Shown piece after piece: positions 25,760 through 38,232 of a stretch of DNA of 64,000 bases. Every line of letters starts with the position of its first letter. Within the stretch, counting starts at the first letter, position 1. The notes below the pieces were generated by a model, which made no database searches, was not told the origin of the DNA, and saw only the letters and a list, made by a program, of their open reading frames with translations. The position numbers and the translations under genes were made by a program. Source of the DNA: Eledone cirrhosa (taxonomy: Eukaryota); NCBI GenBank assembly GCA_964016885.1, contig OZ024743.1:282968001-283032000 (forward strand), written 5' to 3'.

Positions 25760-26420
25760 TTATTTTGATAGACTCAGTAAATATATTGAGATAGTTCTTT
25801 CCAAGTCTTATTGGACGAGGAACCAATAAAATGATATTTTCAGTTTTTCAGTTGCAAGAAAAATACATTGAGCAGAGATTTTGTTTTTATTATTGCTATA
25901 TTGACCTCATTCAGACTGTGGATTCAATAAAGAGTTGTCCTGATAAATTTCTAAATATTATCAAATTATTTCATGATGATATGAGATCGTGTGTTGTAAT
26001 TGATAGAAAATGCTCAGGCACATTTTTAGTCTGTGGTGGTATATAACCACACCCACTTCGTTTGTTTTAGGCTTCACAATAGTTTTTTAAAATCACTTTC
26101 AAAGACTGCTCTAAGGGTATTTATGTACACTATCACATAACTGATAAAGTATTCAATTTCAAATGGTTTAACTCTTAATCACATGTTTTTCTATCTTTCT
26201 ATTCATTGTATGTGCTGATGACTGTGATATTGTCATACATGATGTAAAATATCTTCAAACAAGTATGGATAAAATTTCATTTATTGTAAGGCTTGACAAT
26301 AAATCTTGATAAACCTGTTGATTTTTATCAACCCTGTTCTGGAAAGGTTCATATGAAACTTAAAATAATGATTTATGGTGAAGCTTTGAAAAACATCTTC
26401 CTTCAAATATCTTGGCAGTA
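25760..26420 (+). mobile_element. Very decayed RTE (BovB-like) RT fragment
   Basis: MIFSVFQLQEKYIEQ...IDL...CPDKFLNIIKLFHDDM; ADDC remnant at about 26214. Confidence 0.65.
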
Positions 26421-27199
26421 TTTTGAAGGGAGAAACATCATCAGGATTATCATCGTTATTTTACATCTGATTTCCATACTGGCGTGGATTGGATGAACTG
26501 TCATAGTCTGAGACTAGGCTGATTGGTGTGAGGTGGGGCTGTCTAGCTAATATATTCCATTTTTTTTTTTGCATAATTTCTACACCAACCACTTTACAGC
26601 ATGTACTGTGTGTATTTTATTGTGGCACCAGGTTAAAGTGTGTACTGGTTGTATTTATCATGGCAGCAAAACTAGAGAGGTTGTTTTGACCTTGGTAGAG
26701 TAAAGAGAGGCATTAAGGGAGAGAATGGGTGAGAGTATGATGAAAGAGACACTGTGGAGGAAACAATGGTAGCTTTATATTTGTTATTGAAACAGAGAGA
26801 GAGAGCGCTAAAACGAGGAGATATAGAAAGCACAAGTGTTGAGTAATGGATGTTCTTAGAAGTGATCTTGAAGAGATAGAGTGATGTGATATTGAAGGTT
26901 GCAAGAGAGAGGAGAATACATCATGATTGGTGATAGGGCCAGTGTAGTACAGAGTGTCTGAGAAATTAGTGAGAGTGGTTTGAATGAGAAGATATGAGAA
27001 GATATAGTGGATAAGATAGAAGAGTGTCTGTAGAGAGTGGCAGATTAAGGGAAGGAGAATTAACAGGAGTGTATAGGGTGTCATGCTTCCATCAGTGAAT
27101 GGGTCTTTTCCAGCAGAATAAGCCACCAATTATCTTGGCACTTTGTTATTTCTGTCACGAGTTTCAACTTCTTAAAGTCAATTTTCACCACTTCATCGC

Positions 27200-27570
27200 T
27201 TATCTTCTTAAGTCTCCCTCTTCTTTGTGTTCCATCAACTTTATACAACTGGCATACTTCATATGCATCACATATCCAAACCAGTGCAGTCTGCTCTTGT
27301 GTATACCATAACTGATTCTTCTTATACCTATATTTTTTCTGAATTCATCCATGCACCTTCATACTAACATTGTACATCCAGTAGAGCATGCTCACCTCAT
27401 TTCTTTCCAACCACCCCAGATATCCTGTCTTAAAGGCCCTAGTCTCACTACAAAGCATTATCAGCATTTGATCACAAGTATCATATAATCTGCCTTTAAT
27501 GGGACAACCCGTCTAACCTATGCTAGCATGGAAAATGGACATTAAACGATGATGATGATGATGATGATAT
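27200..27570. mobile_element. Decayed RTE fragment (minus) fused to a plus-strand RTE tail
   Basis: Minus-strand gagcagactgcactggtttggatatgtgatgc; plus-strand ggacaacccgtctaacc...(GAT)n from 27500. Confidence 0.6.
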
Positions 27571-27783
27571 ATATATATATATAAACAATGAGTTATATGG
27601 TTTGTTGATTATTCAACAAAGTTAATTTTACAACAGATTAGAAGCACTCTAAATGTAATCTGAGTTTTTCGAATATTAATAATAACATTCGATTCTTTTG
27701 CAATTATGCAAACAAGCCTCAATTTTATAGCCATGTCAGTAGAATGAACCCTTCATTCTTGCTCTTGTGTTGGCATGTGAACA

Positions 27784-27833
27784 GAATTGCAGACGCTAAT
27801 GTTTCTGGGTATCACCCTTCATCAGTACAGCTC
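27784..27833 (-). ncRNA. Minimal type I hammerhead ribozyme, intact core
   Basis: gagctgta-CTGATGA-a gggt gat accc a-GAAA-cattagcg-TC-tgcaattc. Confidence 0.7.
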
Positions 27834-27857
27834 ACTGTTAACCTGCATATATATATA

Positions 27858-28254
27858 TGGAGGCACATGGCTTAGTGATTAGAGCATTGGCCTTGCAATC
27901 GAAAGGTTGTGAGTTCAATTCTCAGACCGGGTGATGTGTTGTTTCCTTGAGCAAGGCACTTTATTTCACATTGCTCCAGTTTACTCAGCTGTAGAAATGA
28001 GATGATAGGACTGGGTTCCCTATCATTCCACTGAAAAGTGGTCATGGAGGTGCCACGGCAAAAAAGCACCCAGCCCACACTGTAAAGTGGACGCGTAGGC
28101 ACAATGGAAAAATAGCACCCAGCACTCACTGTAAATGAGGTTGGTGTTAGGAAGGGCATCCAGCTGTAGCAATCAAGCCAGAATCAGTTCCCCTCCCACC
28201 CTTGCAAGCAGGGAAAAGCGGGCGTAAAATGATGATGATGATGATGATGATGAT
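27858..28254 (+). mobile_element. SINE family A, long variant with duplicated aaaagcacccagc box
   Basis: The extra box matches the RTE 3' UTR at 2395-2530. Confidence 0.92.
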
Positions 28255-28932
28255 ATATATAGTGTTAGAAGGTAAGGTGACACAAACAAGAGATGGACAG
28301 TTTCCTTTCGTCAGCTGTTTACTACGGGTCACAGATATTTCGGTGCATTATAAACAGTACATCTATCCATAGCGCACACATAACCTATTATCTATCAAAA
28401 AGCCATATATATATATCAATGAAGTTAGTAGAAATGATAAACTTCTTATCTCTCAAGTTTCAGAGTTCAAATCCTGCTTGGGATAACTTTCCTTTTCACC
28501 GTTCTAAGACAAATAAGATACATACTAGTAATATACTGAGGGAAAGGGGTTTGTACAACTCACTACACTCTTCTTTGTGCTTAACTACAAAATCAATATT
28601 AAATAAGGGTCTAAACCATGTCTAAAAAATTGGATGCTGTTGAAATTGGATTAAAGAGTGGAAATTGTTGAGAGCATTTAATTTATTTTCTGTTTTTTTT
28701 TTTGAAGAGCTATACCTTTCTTTACATTCATTGTAAATTAGATCATAGTTCATGTTAAAAGACAGCCATTCAATGGTAAAACTAGCTACAGCCATTAATA
28801 GCAAGCTGCCTTAGCACTCATCTTATTTTCACTCAATTATCTGAAACTGCATATATATGTGTGCTTGTTTACACACACACACACACGCACACACACACAC
28901 ACACATTTATGTATGTATATATATATATTTAA

Positions 28933-29019
<87 letters not shown>

Positions 29020-29089
29020 TTGATGCACATACACATATACAGTTTATGTATGTGTGTAAGTGTTTGTATACATATATACATACATTTAT

Positions 29090-29164
<75 letters not shown>

Positions 29165-30042
29165 AATATATATATATTACCTAAAGTACATCTGATATAG
29201 TAATAGCTGCTAAGAGGAAGGTGTTGGTGGTATATGCAATGTACAGGATCAGAGAGTTGGGGCAGGATGTCTATAAAGTTGATTTAAGTGCTACTGTACT
29301 ATTGAATAGAACATAGAACACTTTTGGAATATGAAAACATCTGACAAATGTTCACAACATGAACAATAATAAAGCAGAAACAGCAACAATAAAGATAAGA
29401 TTTTTTCTTTTAAATCCAAGCACAAGGCTCTTTTGTTATGAAAGGTTGTGAGTCAGTTGAATACAGAAATAATAGTATTTATAGAGTGCTACAACTAATT
29501 AAAGTCAGAAATGTTGCATTATAGATTCACAATAGATTTTCAAAGAGCAGTGACTTGTATGTTGATTCTAAGAGAAAACAATAGCAACACTTCAGAATAA
29601 CAGGTGGTGTTTGATGACACGTTTGTATATCTCAATTAAACTAGATTATTGGAGATCAACAGGAAATCTAATATTTTGTGGTTTAGAAAGAAAAAAAATC
29701 ATTATTGCATCTTTTTTTTTTCAAATGATATTATGCTCAGTATTGGTAAGACTTCAATATAGAGACAGTTGAAAATATACAATCACAAAATGTGAGATAT
29801 GAAGAAAAGTTCAAAATAACAGATGCTGATATGCTTACTGAAATTTTCTGAATGAAATATTGGTCAATTTTAAGAAAAACTCCAACACTAAATCTTCAAC
29901 AGTTATGATGCAAACAATAGAGACACCGGAAGTTGTAGTTAAACCATCATTTAGTTGAATGAAAGAATATATACTTATGTAATGTATATGTATATAGTGT
30001 GTATGTAGGAGTATGTGTGTATGTAGGTATATATGTATGTTA

Positions 30043-30670
30043 TGTCAGGTCACCAGTTGGTGCTACTGGTAACATGTATCCCAGTACAACCTGTCTCATG
30101 GTCGGGTCGTTGGCGACTAAACTGGCAACCCCACCAAGGTTTCTTGGTGAGGAGGGTGACTTTGGACATCCTGCAGGACTAAAAACAAAACCTGTCAAAG
30201 GGCAAAGGAGCTCGTAAGAGTCAATGGCCATCCAAAATCACCGGGAGAGATGACCCCTTAGCCTTTGTCAAGGCAGAATTCTAGGAGAAGGAAAACTCTG
30301 ATATAACACCTGCAAACCTGATGGTATCCAATGATGTTGACTTGTTCTTCTTTTTGGTAAATATCATCTTGGTTAAGAGAGTGGGACTGGCTTTGTGCAG
30401 TGCCTTTGCTCACTATAAAAGCTTCACGGCACAGGCATTGCTTTATATCTGGAGATCTCTCCGCACTTGTCGTCACATGGTACCATGGGCCCAGCACTGT
30501 GTGTCAATAATTGTCACAAGTGTAGTGATTCTACCAGAGTTTTCAAGTCGCTGGCTGGACTAAAAAGTCACACTCGTTCAGCGCATCGGTAGGGGTTCTC
30601 CTACATGGATATAAAGTAGTGGCCGTACTCGAAAACGAGTTGGCAGCCACCATGTATGTATGAATGTATG
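30043..30670 (+). mobile_element. Internally deleted (bipartite) RTE-like element: 5' UTR joined to a C-terminal zinc-finger remnant and (ATGT)n tail
   Basis: gaaggaaaactctgat RTE-type 5' UTR motif; HKCSDSTRVFKSLAGLKSHTRSAHR* at about 30515-30592; tatgt repeats on both sides. Confidence 0.6.
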
Positions 30671-30701
30671 TGTGTATTATGGAAACAGGAGATGAAACAC
30701 A

Positions 30702-30867
30702 AAGAAAATAAATTGTGGAAATTGTGGAAAGAAAACTGGTTTCAAAACTATAAAGAAAGCTATGGAGAAAACTCTATAATGAAAAAGAAAATAAATTGTG
30801 GAAATTGTGGAAAGAAAACTGGTTTCAAAACTATAAAGAAAGCTATGGAGAAAACTCTATAATGAAA
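30702..30867. repeat. 83-bp tandem duplication (2 copies)
   Basis: aagaaaataaattgtggaaattgtggaaag...ctctataatgaaaa occurs twice. Confidence 0.9.
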
Positions 30868-31819
30868 ATAAAACTGAAAAAAAAAAAAAAATGTAAAGTC
30901 AGGAGAAATTAAATAAAAATATGGAAACATCACAGAGGAAATAGGCGAAGAAATCTGCTGACCAAGAGTCATAAAGTCATAAAAATTCAAAGTGTGAAAA
31001 TCAATCCACAACCAACAATACCAAAATATTGATTTAAAATGAAATAATGTTTGATGCCAGTCCATCACAGGTTTAAACCCCCAGCTATTGCTGGTACTCC
31101 TTTTCACCTGAGTATATTGGAGCAATGTGAAATGAACTGTTTTGCTCAAGAACACAACACACAACCTAGCACTGAAATCAAACCTATAAAGTCCAACATA
31201 CTTACCACTAAGCCATGCGTCCCCACAATTGTTATAACAGATAATCGTTTTTAAAAAGATAAAATACTTGAATTAACAGATATCTCACTATTTATGATTG
31301 CAGAAGAGATATTTTTGTATCTAGATGGCAGAACGCTAGATTTGCACATATTTCTGCTTACTGTAGGTTTTTACTATATATTTGTTTAATGAAACTTTTT
31401 GCGGTAGAACTGCTTTTTTCTTTGTTTTGCCAATTCTGTTAGGTGTTTGCAATGTTATCGCATCAGATAAAGTTCTACTACACTGGTTTGCATTCATGTA
31501 GGAATCTTTTCCAAGATTTTGACATTAATTCTTTTTGTCTTTGTATTTCTATTTCTGTTTGCATACCATTCATTTTTCTTAGGAATGGGGGTGATTCCTC
31601 ATTTTCTGTTTGATTGGTCATATTGTCAATTTTGGCTGTTTTAAAGGTTTTTGAGGAATCCTTCTTGTGATTTAATTACATTCACAACTTTGTGCAAATT
31701 ATTAATCACTATAATAAGCTTATATGGCACATTGTACAGTTTCATCATCATCGTTTTGAAATCGTTTTTCCATGCTGGACATAAAACGATGATGATGATT
31801 TACACACACACACACATGA

Positions 31820-32330
31820 AAACAAAGAAATAGATCAAATAAAGTTCTTAGCTTACTTAATGCTTTACAATTGTTTCAGCATTGCCAAGGATCATTACAC
31901 AGTTAGTCAAAAGGATAAATTTGTGTATAACATGTGTAAAGAAAAAGAAAAAGAAAGAGAAAAAGAAAAAGAAAAAGAAAAAGAAAAAGAAAAAGAAAAA
32001 GAAAATATGGCAATGCCACCTCAGTTTTGCTTCTAAGAAGCTATTGCCATATTTTCTTTATCGTTTTCTTTACACAAATTTATTCTTTTGACTAACTGTG
32101 TAATGATCTGTGGCATTGATGAAACAATTGTAAAGCATTAAGTGAGTTAAAAACTATATTCAATTTTTTTCTTTGTTTAGATATACTCTGTGTTTATGTC
32201 TATCTTTCTGTATCTTTTCCCTTCAAAGTATCTCTCAGTTCTTCCAACCATTACTACATGAACACATTGAGCTCTGTGTAAAACTATTTGCCAATTATAT
32301 ACTCTCTTATATAGCTCTCTAAATACAATA
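31820..32330 (+). mobile_element. Older fold-back hammerhead-derived element plus tail
   Basis: Imperfect arms 31820-32010 / 32043-32178, GAAACAATTGTA in both; (AAAGAA)n expansion in the left arm; bulged hairpin 32185-32272. Confidence 0.75.
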
Positions 32331-32483
32331 GAGTAACCCATGCTAGCGTGGAAGATAGTCATTAAATGAAGATGATGATAACATTTTTACCCTTGATATT
32401 CATATATATATATATATATATACGTATGTATATGTATATATATGTATATATATGATGTGTATATATATATGTGTATACATGTG

Positions 32484-32860
32484 AAGGCACATGGCTTAGT
32501 GGTTAGGGTATTCGGCTCACGATTGTAAGATCATGAGTTTGATTCCTTGCGACAAATTGTGTCCTTCAGCAAGATTCTTTATTAATTTTATTTCACGTTG
32601 ACTCAGTCCACTCAGCTGGCAAAAGTGAGTTGTACTTGTAATTGAAAGGGTCAGTGTCATGCTGAATCTTTCTGAGAAATACATGAAGGATACACGTTGT
32701 AGTGCACCTGAGCACTTTACACAATAATTTCATTATTATTTATTATTATTATTTATTTTACATGTCTGTGGAATACTCAGCCACTTGCAAGTTATATTTA
32801 TGAGCAGGTTGTTCTGTTGATCGAATCAAATGCAACACTTGTCATAACTGAGAGAATGCT
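32484..32860 (+). mobile_element. Older tRNA-CORE SINE variant (related pieces at 50940-51045 and 52040-52360 on minus)
   Basis: ggcacatggcttagtggttagggt head; tgtctgtggaatactcagccac body. Confidence 0.7.
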
Positions 32861-33314
32861 AGTTGTATGTATGTGTGTGTATGTGTGTTTACTGTACAGC
32901 ACCATGTTTGTTTACGAATGTAAAGCCTGACAAAATGTTAGTCAACTAATTTGAAACACATGTAGCTGTTTATGTAAGCTAGTACTAAATAAAGACCCAC
33001 ACATGCACACATATATGTATACATAGACCTGCATGCAAAAATCACTCACTTACACATGCTATTACACACATACAGTCCTGCACATGTGCTCATACTCACA
33101 AGCACATCTACATCTGCATCATTATACACAAACATTCCTACCACATACACACCGACAATCATACACTACCATACCATATGTTCCTTACACACATACCAGA
33201 GAGAGACCAATATGTTTCACCACAGGCAGTGCATGCTCCTCCACTGAATACATTCACCAGCACATTTAGTTACCACTACTGTACACATGCTTTCATACAA
33301 ACACATACACACAT

Positions 33315-33640
33315 TAGACCTGTCAACTCTCCCTGTCTAACGGGGAGATCTCCCACCCACTTTGGGGTGGGTGAGAGATGTCTTCTCTTGTGAAAATGGG
33401 TATAGCTTTCATTATGTGCGGTGGATTGGCAGTATCGGTAGAGGGTTGGACGCTATGCTTTGCAGCATAGAGTTACAGCCTTTATGATCTGAGCTCAAAC
33501 CCCACCGAGGTTAACCTTGCCTTTCATCCTTACGGGGTTGATAAAATAAAGTACCAGTCACACACTGGGGTCGATTAAATCGTTTTGGGGCCCTTTTTTT
33601 CATGGTACTCCCCGTTTGGGTTTTTAGAAGTTGGCACAGA
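33315..33640. mobile_element. TIR MITE (same family as 62058-62250) interrupted by SINE B
   Basis: agacctgtcaactctccc...; reverse-complement match to 62058-62250. Confidence 0.8.
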
Positions 33641-33787
33641 AGCTCTGTCATCAGAGGACAGCATTTTTACCCACCCTTATATTACTTCCTCTCTCCACTT
33701 TCTAAATAATACCCACAGTTCTTTCTTTTCTTTTTTTCCTTTGCTCCTTCATTTTTTTTTTCATTTTACTTCTTTCTTCCACTAAGC

Positions 33788-34213
33788 CAGTGGTTCAAAT
33801 TGTGTATTGTGGTGTATCAGTGTGCTGTGAGATGTGACTAGAATGCACCGCAAAAGATTAAGATTAAATTTTAAGATATGAAAAATACAAACTGAAATTT
33901 AAGATATCAAAGTGACAAACAAGTAAAGTTTAGTAACAGGATTTGTGAAAAATAGCACAATCTGTCAACTCTGTTAAAAATGAAGGATGGTTTGTGTGTT
34001 CAGTTTATTTTGGCTAATTATGTTAGTTGAGTTATTAAATTTTTTGTTTTAAATTTCATAAGAATCTATATTACATTGTAAAGTGTATCTAAGCCATGCT
34101 CATATACCAGATGAAGTGCTGGGTTCACCACACGAATTTATGGCACAAAGTGCGCCAGCATATTTTTACTTTTCAAAAATGAGCCCTGAGTAAAAATAGT
34201 TTGTGAACCACAG
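33788..34213. mobile_element. hAT-like MITE
   Basis: cagtggttc / gaaccacag termini; degenerate 8-bp TSD cactaagc/ccctaagt. Confidence 0.65.
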
Positions 34214-34765
34214 CCCTAAGTCCTCCTCTGGTTCCTTTTACTAATCTATCCCTCTGATGCAAGGCTTAATATCCAAAACGTAAAAAAACAGTTCATCTAA
34301 ACATTAAACTAATAGCATCTAAACATTAAACTAATTCATCATACTGTGCTTCTTCTGTGTTGTGTTTTAACTGTTTTCTAACTGTTGTTGACTTTGTATT
34401 GCATGTGTGTGAGTGTGTGTGTGAGGGAGAGAGTGTGTGTGTGTGGAGTATTGAAAGATATAATCAATTCTTGCTCTCACTGTTATGCAGTAATTTAACA
34501 CACCACCTATTTACAACTTGCACAATTGATAGTTAACTTCCTTTTACCAGAAACAAAGAGCAGTGCAGTTTACAAGGTTATCAACTCTAACAACCAGCAT
34601 TTTTAGAGACTTAAATTGAACACATGTGAGTTAAAGTTGAAATCAGCTAAGGACATATTTAACTCCTTTGTCACTATATTTCTAATGAAATACGCTCTAT
34701 ATTAATCAATTAATGAATACTTTTGAAGGATTATTAATAATTTAATTACCAAGATAGGAACTTAA

Positions 34766-34925
34766 CCATTTAGCATTTACATTACTTTATATTTTCACAG
34801 TAAAGGCTTTATCTCACATAATATTGGATCTATGAGATTTTGATACTTATTTTGAGAACAATGCCTTAACATCAGAAAGAGGTAAGAGAATTGGGCTGGA
34901 TACAGCTGGTTTAAATGCTAAAGGG
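34766..34925. mobile_element. piggyBac-like MITE
   Basis: TTAA|ccatttagcattta ... taaatgctaaaggg|TTAA; second copy at 42194-42547. Confidence 0.8.
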
Positions 34926-35373
34926 TTAACATATGGTTTTCATATAAAATTATGTTGGAAGTGTTTAATTTAAATAAGAGTCCTTTAAAATGGAGGGTGG
35001 GGTGCAGGTGGGGCATTGGACCAGAACTGAATTTTGGGTGGGTTAGTATCAAAATATTTCTTTCTCTTCCTTCAATCCTACCTCTCATTTATTTTTATTT
35101 TCCTTCCCTCTTAATTGTTTACTTCAAACCCATGTTCTGGGGTCAATAGGGTGGACAAGTGAGGGAAATTGGATGGCTAAGGAAGGGCAGAGAATGAGAA
35201 AATGCTGGGACCAGTCAGTCTGTCACCCAACTGTCATACAGAAGAAAAAACAAACGGGAGTTGTTACAATGAATTTATTTAGATTAAGGACATAAAATGT
35301 ATTTGTGTTTCAATAGATAAAGGAAGATATTTAATCATGGATTATATTGTTATGTTATCATATACTCTGGTAG

Positions 35374-35471
35374 GGCAGGGTTTGAGGGTAAAGCTGACAT
35401 AGTATCTGTGTGAAAACATGTGGGCAGGGTTTGAGGGTAAAGCTGACATAGTATCCGTGTGAAAACATGTA
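35374..35471. repeat. 49-bp tandem duplication
   Basis: ggcagggtttgagggtaaagctgacatagtatc...aaaacatgt occurs twice. Confidence 0.9.
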
Positions 35472-36139
35472 GAGGTGGGCGAAGGGTATCCACATTTATT
35501 AATAAAAACCCACTTGATTGATTGGCAGCAGTGTAGCAAGAAAGGGAATTCACTTCCTCCTGTGCACAGGTGTGAAGGGACAGCAAACTTTTCTTTGGCC
35601 TATCATGTCTGTTAATTAAAGTGGAGTTGCCAAAAGTTCCTTTGCCTCCTGATGCTGAGAACTCTTGTTATAGTGCTGCTGACTGGTATAAAGTCATTCA
35701 TCTACGCACTCCAACCCTTGGCACACTGACCTGTTGTCTTCTCTCTTTCTATCTTCTGTTCCTCTCAAGCCTTTCCTAATACATCATCTCCCCTCCCCTC
35801 CCAAGCTCCACACAAACCACTACACCTAATCTCTCCTATCTAGAATGTCACCCCCCCTCCCCACACTCTACTCAATTTACAGCTATGCATTAAGTGCCTC
35901 TCTTGTATGAAAGAGCCTCACTAGGCTATTGACATAGCTCCTTTCTCTAGACTAATTTTATGTTGGTAATAATTGTTTCTACTTTGGCACAAGGCCAGCA
36001 ATTATCTCAGTGTATTACTGGTACTTTATTTTATCGACCCTGTAAGGATGAAAGGCAAAGTTAACCTCGGCGGGATTTGAACTCAGATCATGTTGGTAAT
36101 AATATCAATAAGGATGTCATAGATTTTATATTCACTGCC

Positions 36140-36450
36140 TCCTGCTCTCTTGCTCTCCCCATCTCTCAAGCAAATGGCAGACAGAATAGAGAAGTCTTTT
36201 CCGGAGGATGGTGAGGGAGAGGCATTGGAAAAGCCATTCCAGCTTACAAGGCTCACACCTGCAGGCAGCCAACTCCGTGATGATGGTGGTGAGTAAGGAG
36301 GTGGTCCTAGGGCCAAGGAACCAGAAGTCAACACTGCCATGGGCTCGACCACAAACCTGTTGGAGAGCGACTGATATTTGGAGAGTTTAAACTCCTTGGC
36401 CTGAAGTGTAGCAGAGCCTGGATTAGTCACAGACCGGACCAGGTAGCCTT
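36140..36450 (-). mobile_element. CRE-like non-LTR element, 3' REL-endonuclease fragment
   Basis: NPGSATLQAKEFKLSKYQSLSNRFVVEPMAV, homologous to 48487-48978. Confidence 0.75.
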
Positions 36451-37479
36451 AAAACAATAAAATAAAAAAGTGCCTGTGAGTATGTAAATTAGGAGAATGG
36501 TCAAATGGTTATAAAGTACCCTTTGCAATCACACGATCCCAGATTTAACGCTGTTTCACTTTAGGAGACAATAAAATGAAATGGAATAGAACTGAAAAGA
36601 AATGAATATTTCTTTATTGAAGAAATGGCTGAAGCAGAAGGAATTATTTTCTTCAAAATATGCACCAGATATCATCATCATCATCATCTTCGACGCTAGC
36701 ATGGGTTTAGACGAGAATTGTCCCACTGTCTGGCAGGTTTTCTATGGCTGGATGCCCTTCCTAACACCAACCACGTTTACAGTGTGGACTGGGACGTTTT
36801 TACCGTGTTACCTACACGGCCACATTACAGCGTGGACCGTGTGTTTTTTTGTTGTGACACCTAAAAGGGAAGATTTATAAAGCATTCCCCTTTCAGTTTC
36901 ATTTTATTTCCTACTATTTTATATACCTAAAGTGATTCCCTCCCATTCCTTGTTTGATCTCATTAATAGCACCTTCAGAAAGTGGCCTACTGTGGCCTCA
37001 GGTTGATCAGAGCCATTGTGTGTGAAATTGGGAAGACAAAATGAGTGGAAACTCATTGGACTGTATATAAAATACAATGAGCTATCATAGTACTGAAATT
37101 ATCAAGTGTTTTGGTGACTCACACAGTGGGTCTAGAAAAGACAATAGGAAACCACTTCAGCAAATCACTGTATAAAGCCCAGATGTTTTGTGGTCTCACA
37201 ACTACCCTGTTATAGAAACCATTAACAGACTGAGGAGTTGTGCTGATGAGAGATAACTTATTACACAAGTTATGACTGATGATAACTGCCATCATTGGTT
37301 CAGTAAATATTTATTGTTGATATAACTATAAATTGGTCAGAAAGAGAAAGCCACATTGGAAAGGATTATAAATGCCATAAATGTGAGGAAAATGAGAGAA
37401 AGATCAAGGACTATTAGGCTAAGGAAAAAGGAAGGAGGAAGAGGAAAGGGTGACAAACTAAACACCTAGGTTAGAGCAG

Positions 37480-37985
37480 TGTTCCAGCTACATTTCGTGG
37501 ACAAAAAGGCAAAGGCATTTCCGTGGACAATGGCCTGAGGCACCCACTGCATTCCACCTCATCTCGCGGAGCTCCTTTCTCAGACAAGGTACTGTCATTC
37601 CAATTTTCTGGAGGAAGTCAGCTTTATTGGGTCTGAGGACTCATGGGGTCTCAATGGCAACTGGTACAAAGAGGAAGCGACTCGACAAGCCTTGGTATTT
37701 GTTTGACTTCCTGTCCTCTGTATTGTGGGCTGCGGTACCAGGGTTTGTGGCTGAAGTGACTAAGTTGGAGGCAGAGAACATGTCACAGTATATCACGTCC
37801 CAGATGAGGGATTTACCTCCTTCGAATGGGAAGAAGGTAATTCTATTGGGGTACTTGCCGTCTCCATAGTCAAGGCCTGCTGGCTGAAGTTGTGATGGGA
37901 AGCCAGCTGCATCCAGGCTCCTCATTATGTCATTGAGAGTGGCATGTTGAGAAAACTGGCCTGCACTCTGGTGCACTTTTTTTTT
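37480..37985 (-). mobile_element. CRE-like REL-endonuclease fragment
   Basis: HATLND...GLDYGDGKYPNRITFFPFEGGKSLIWDV.YCD...EDRKSNKY...FVPVAIET (RPDG / WD / E..K..KY pattern). Confidence 0.8.
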
Positions 37986-38232
37986 TGTCACAAATGTCAG
38001 GAATATGAATATAACATTTCACCATGTTGTCTGAGTTTGTAAACACCATTGACTTCCATAACTACATCAATATGGCATAAGGAATGCCATTTAAAAACTA
38101 ATATTTTTTAGCATTTTATTGAAGCTTTTTAAATAATTTAGATGAACTTTCGAAATGCAAACTGTTATTTATAGATTTTTTTGTCATTTAATTTAATTTC
38201 ATTTTCTTATTTTGTTTATATATATATATATA

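Noticed and set aside
28260-28400. Minus-strand CTGACGA-aag-GAAAC as a hammerhead
   Set aside because: No stem II and no matching stem I; at most a decayed remnant
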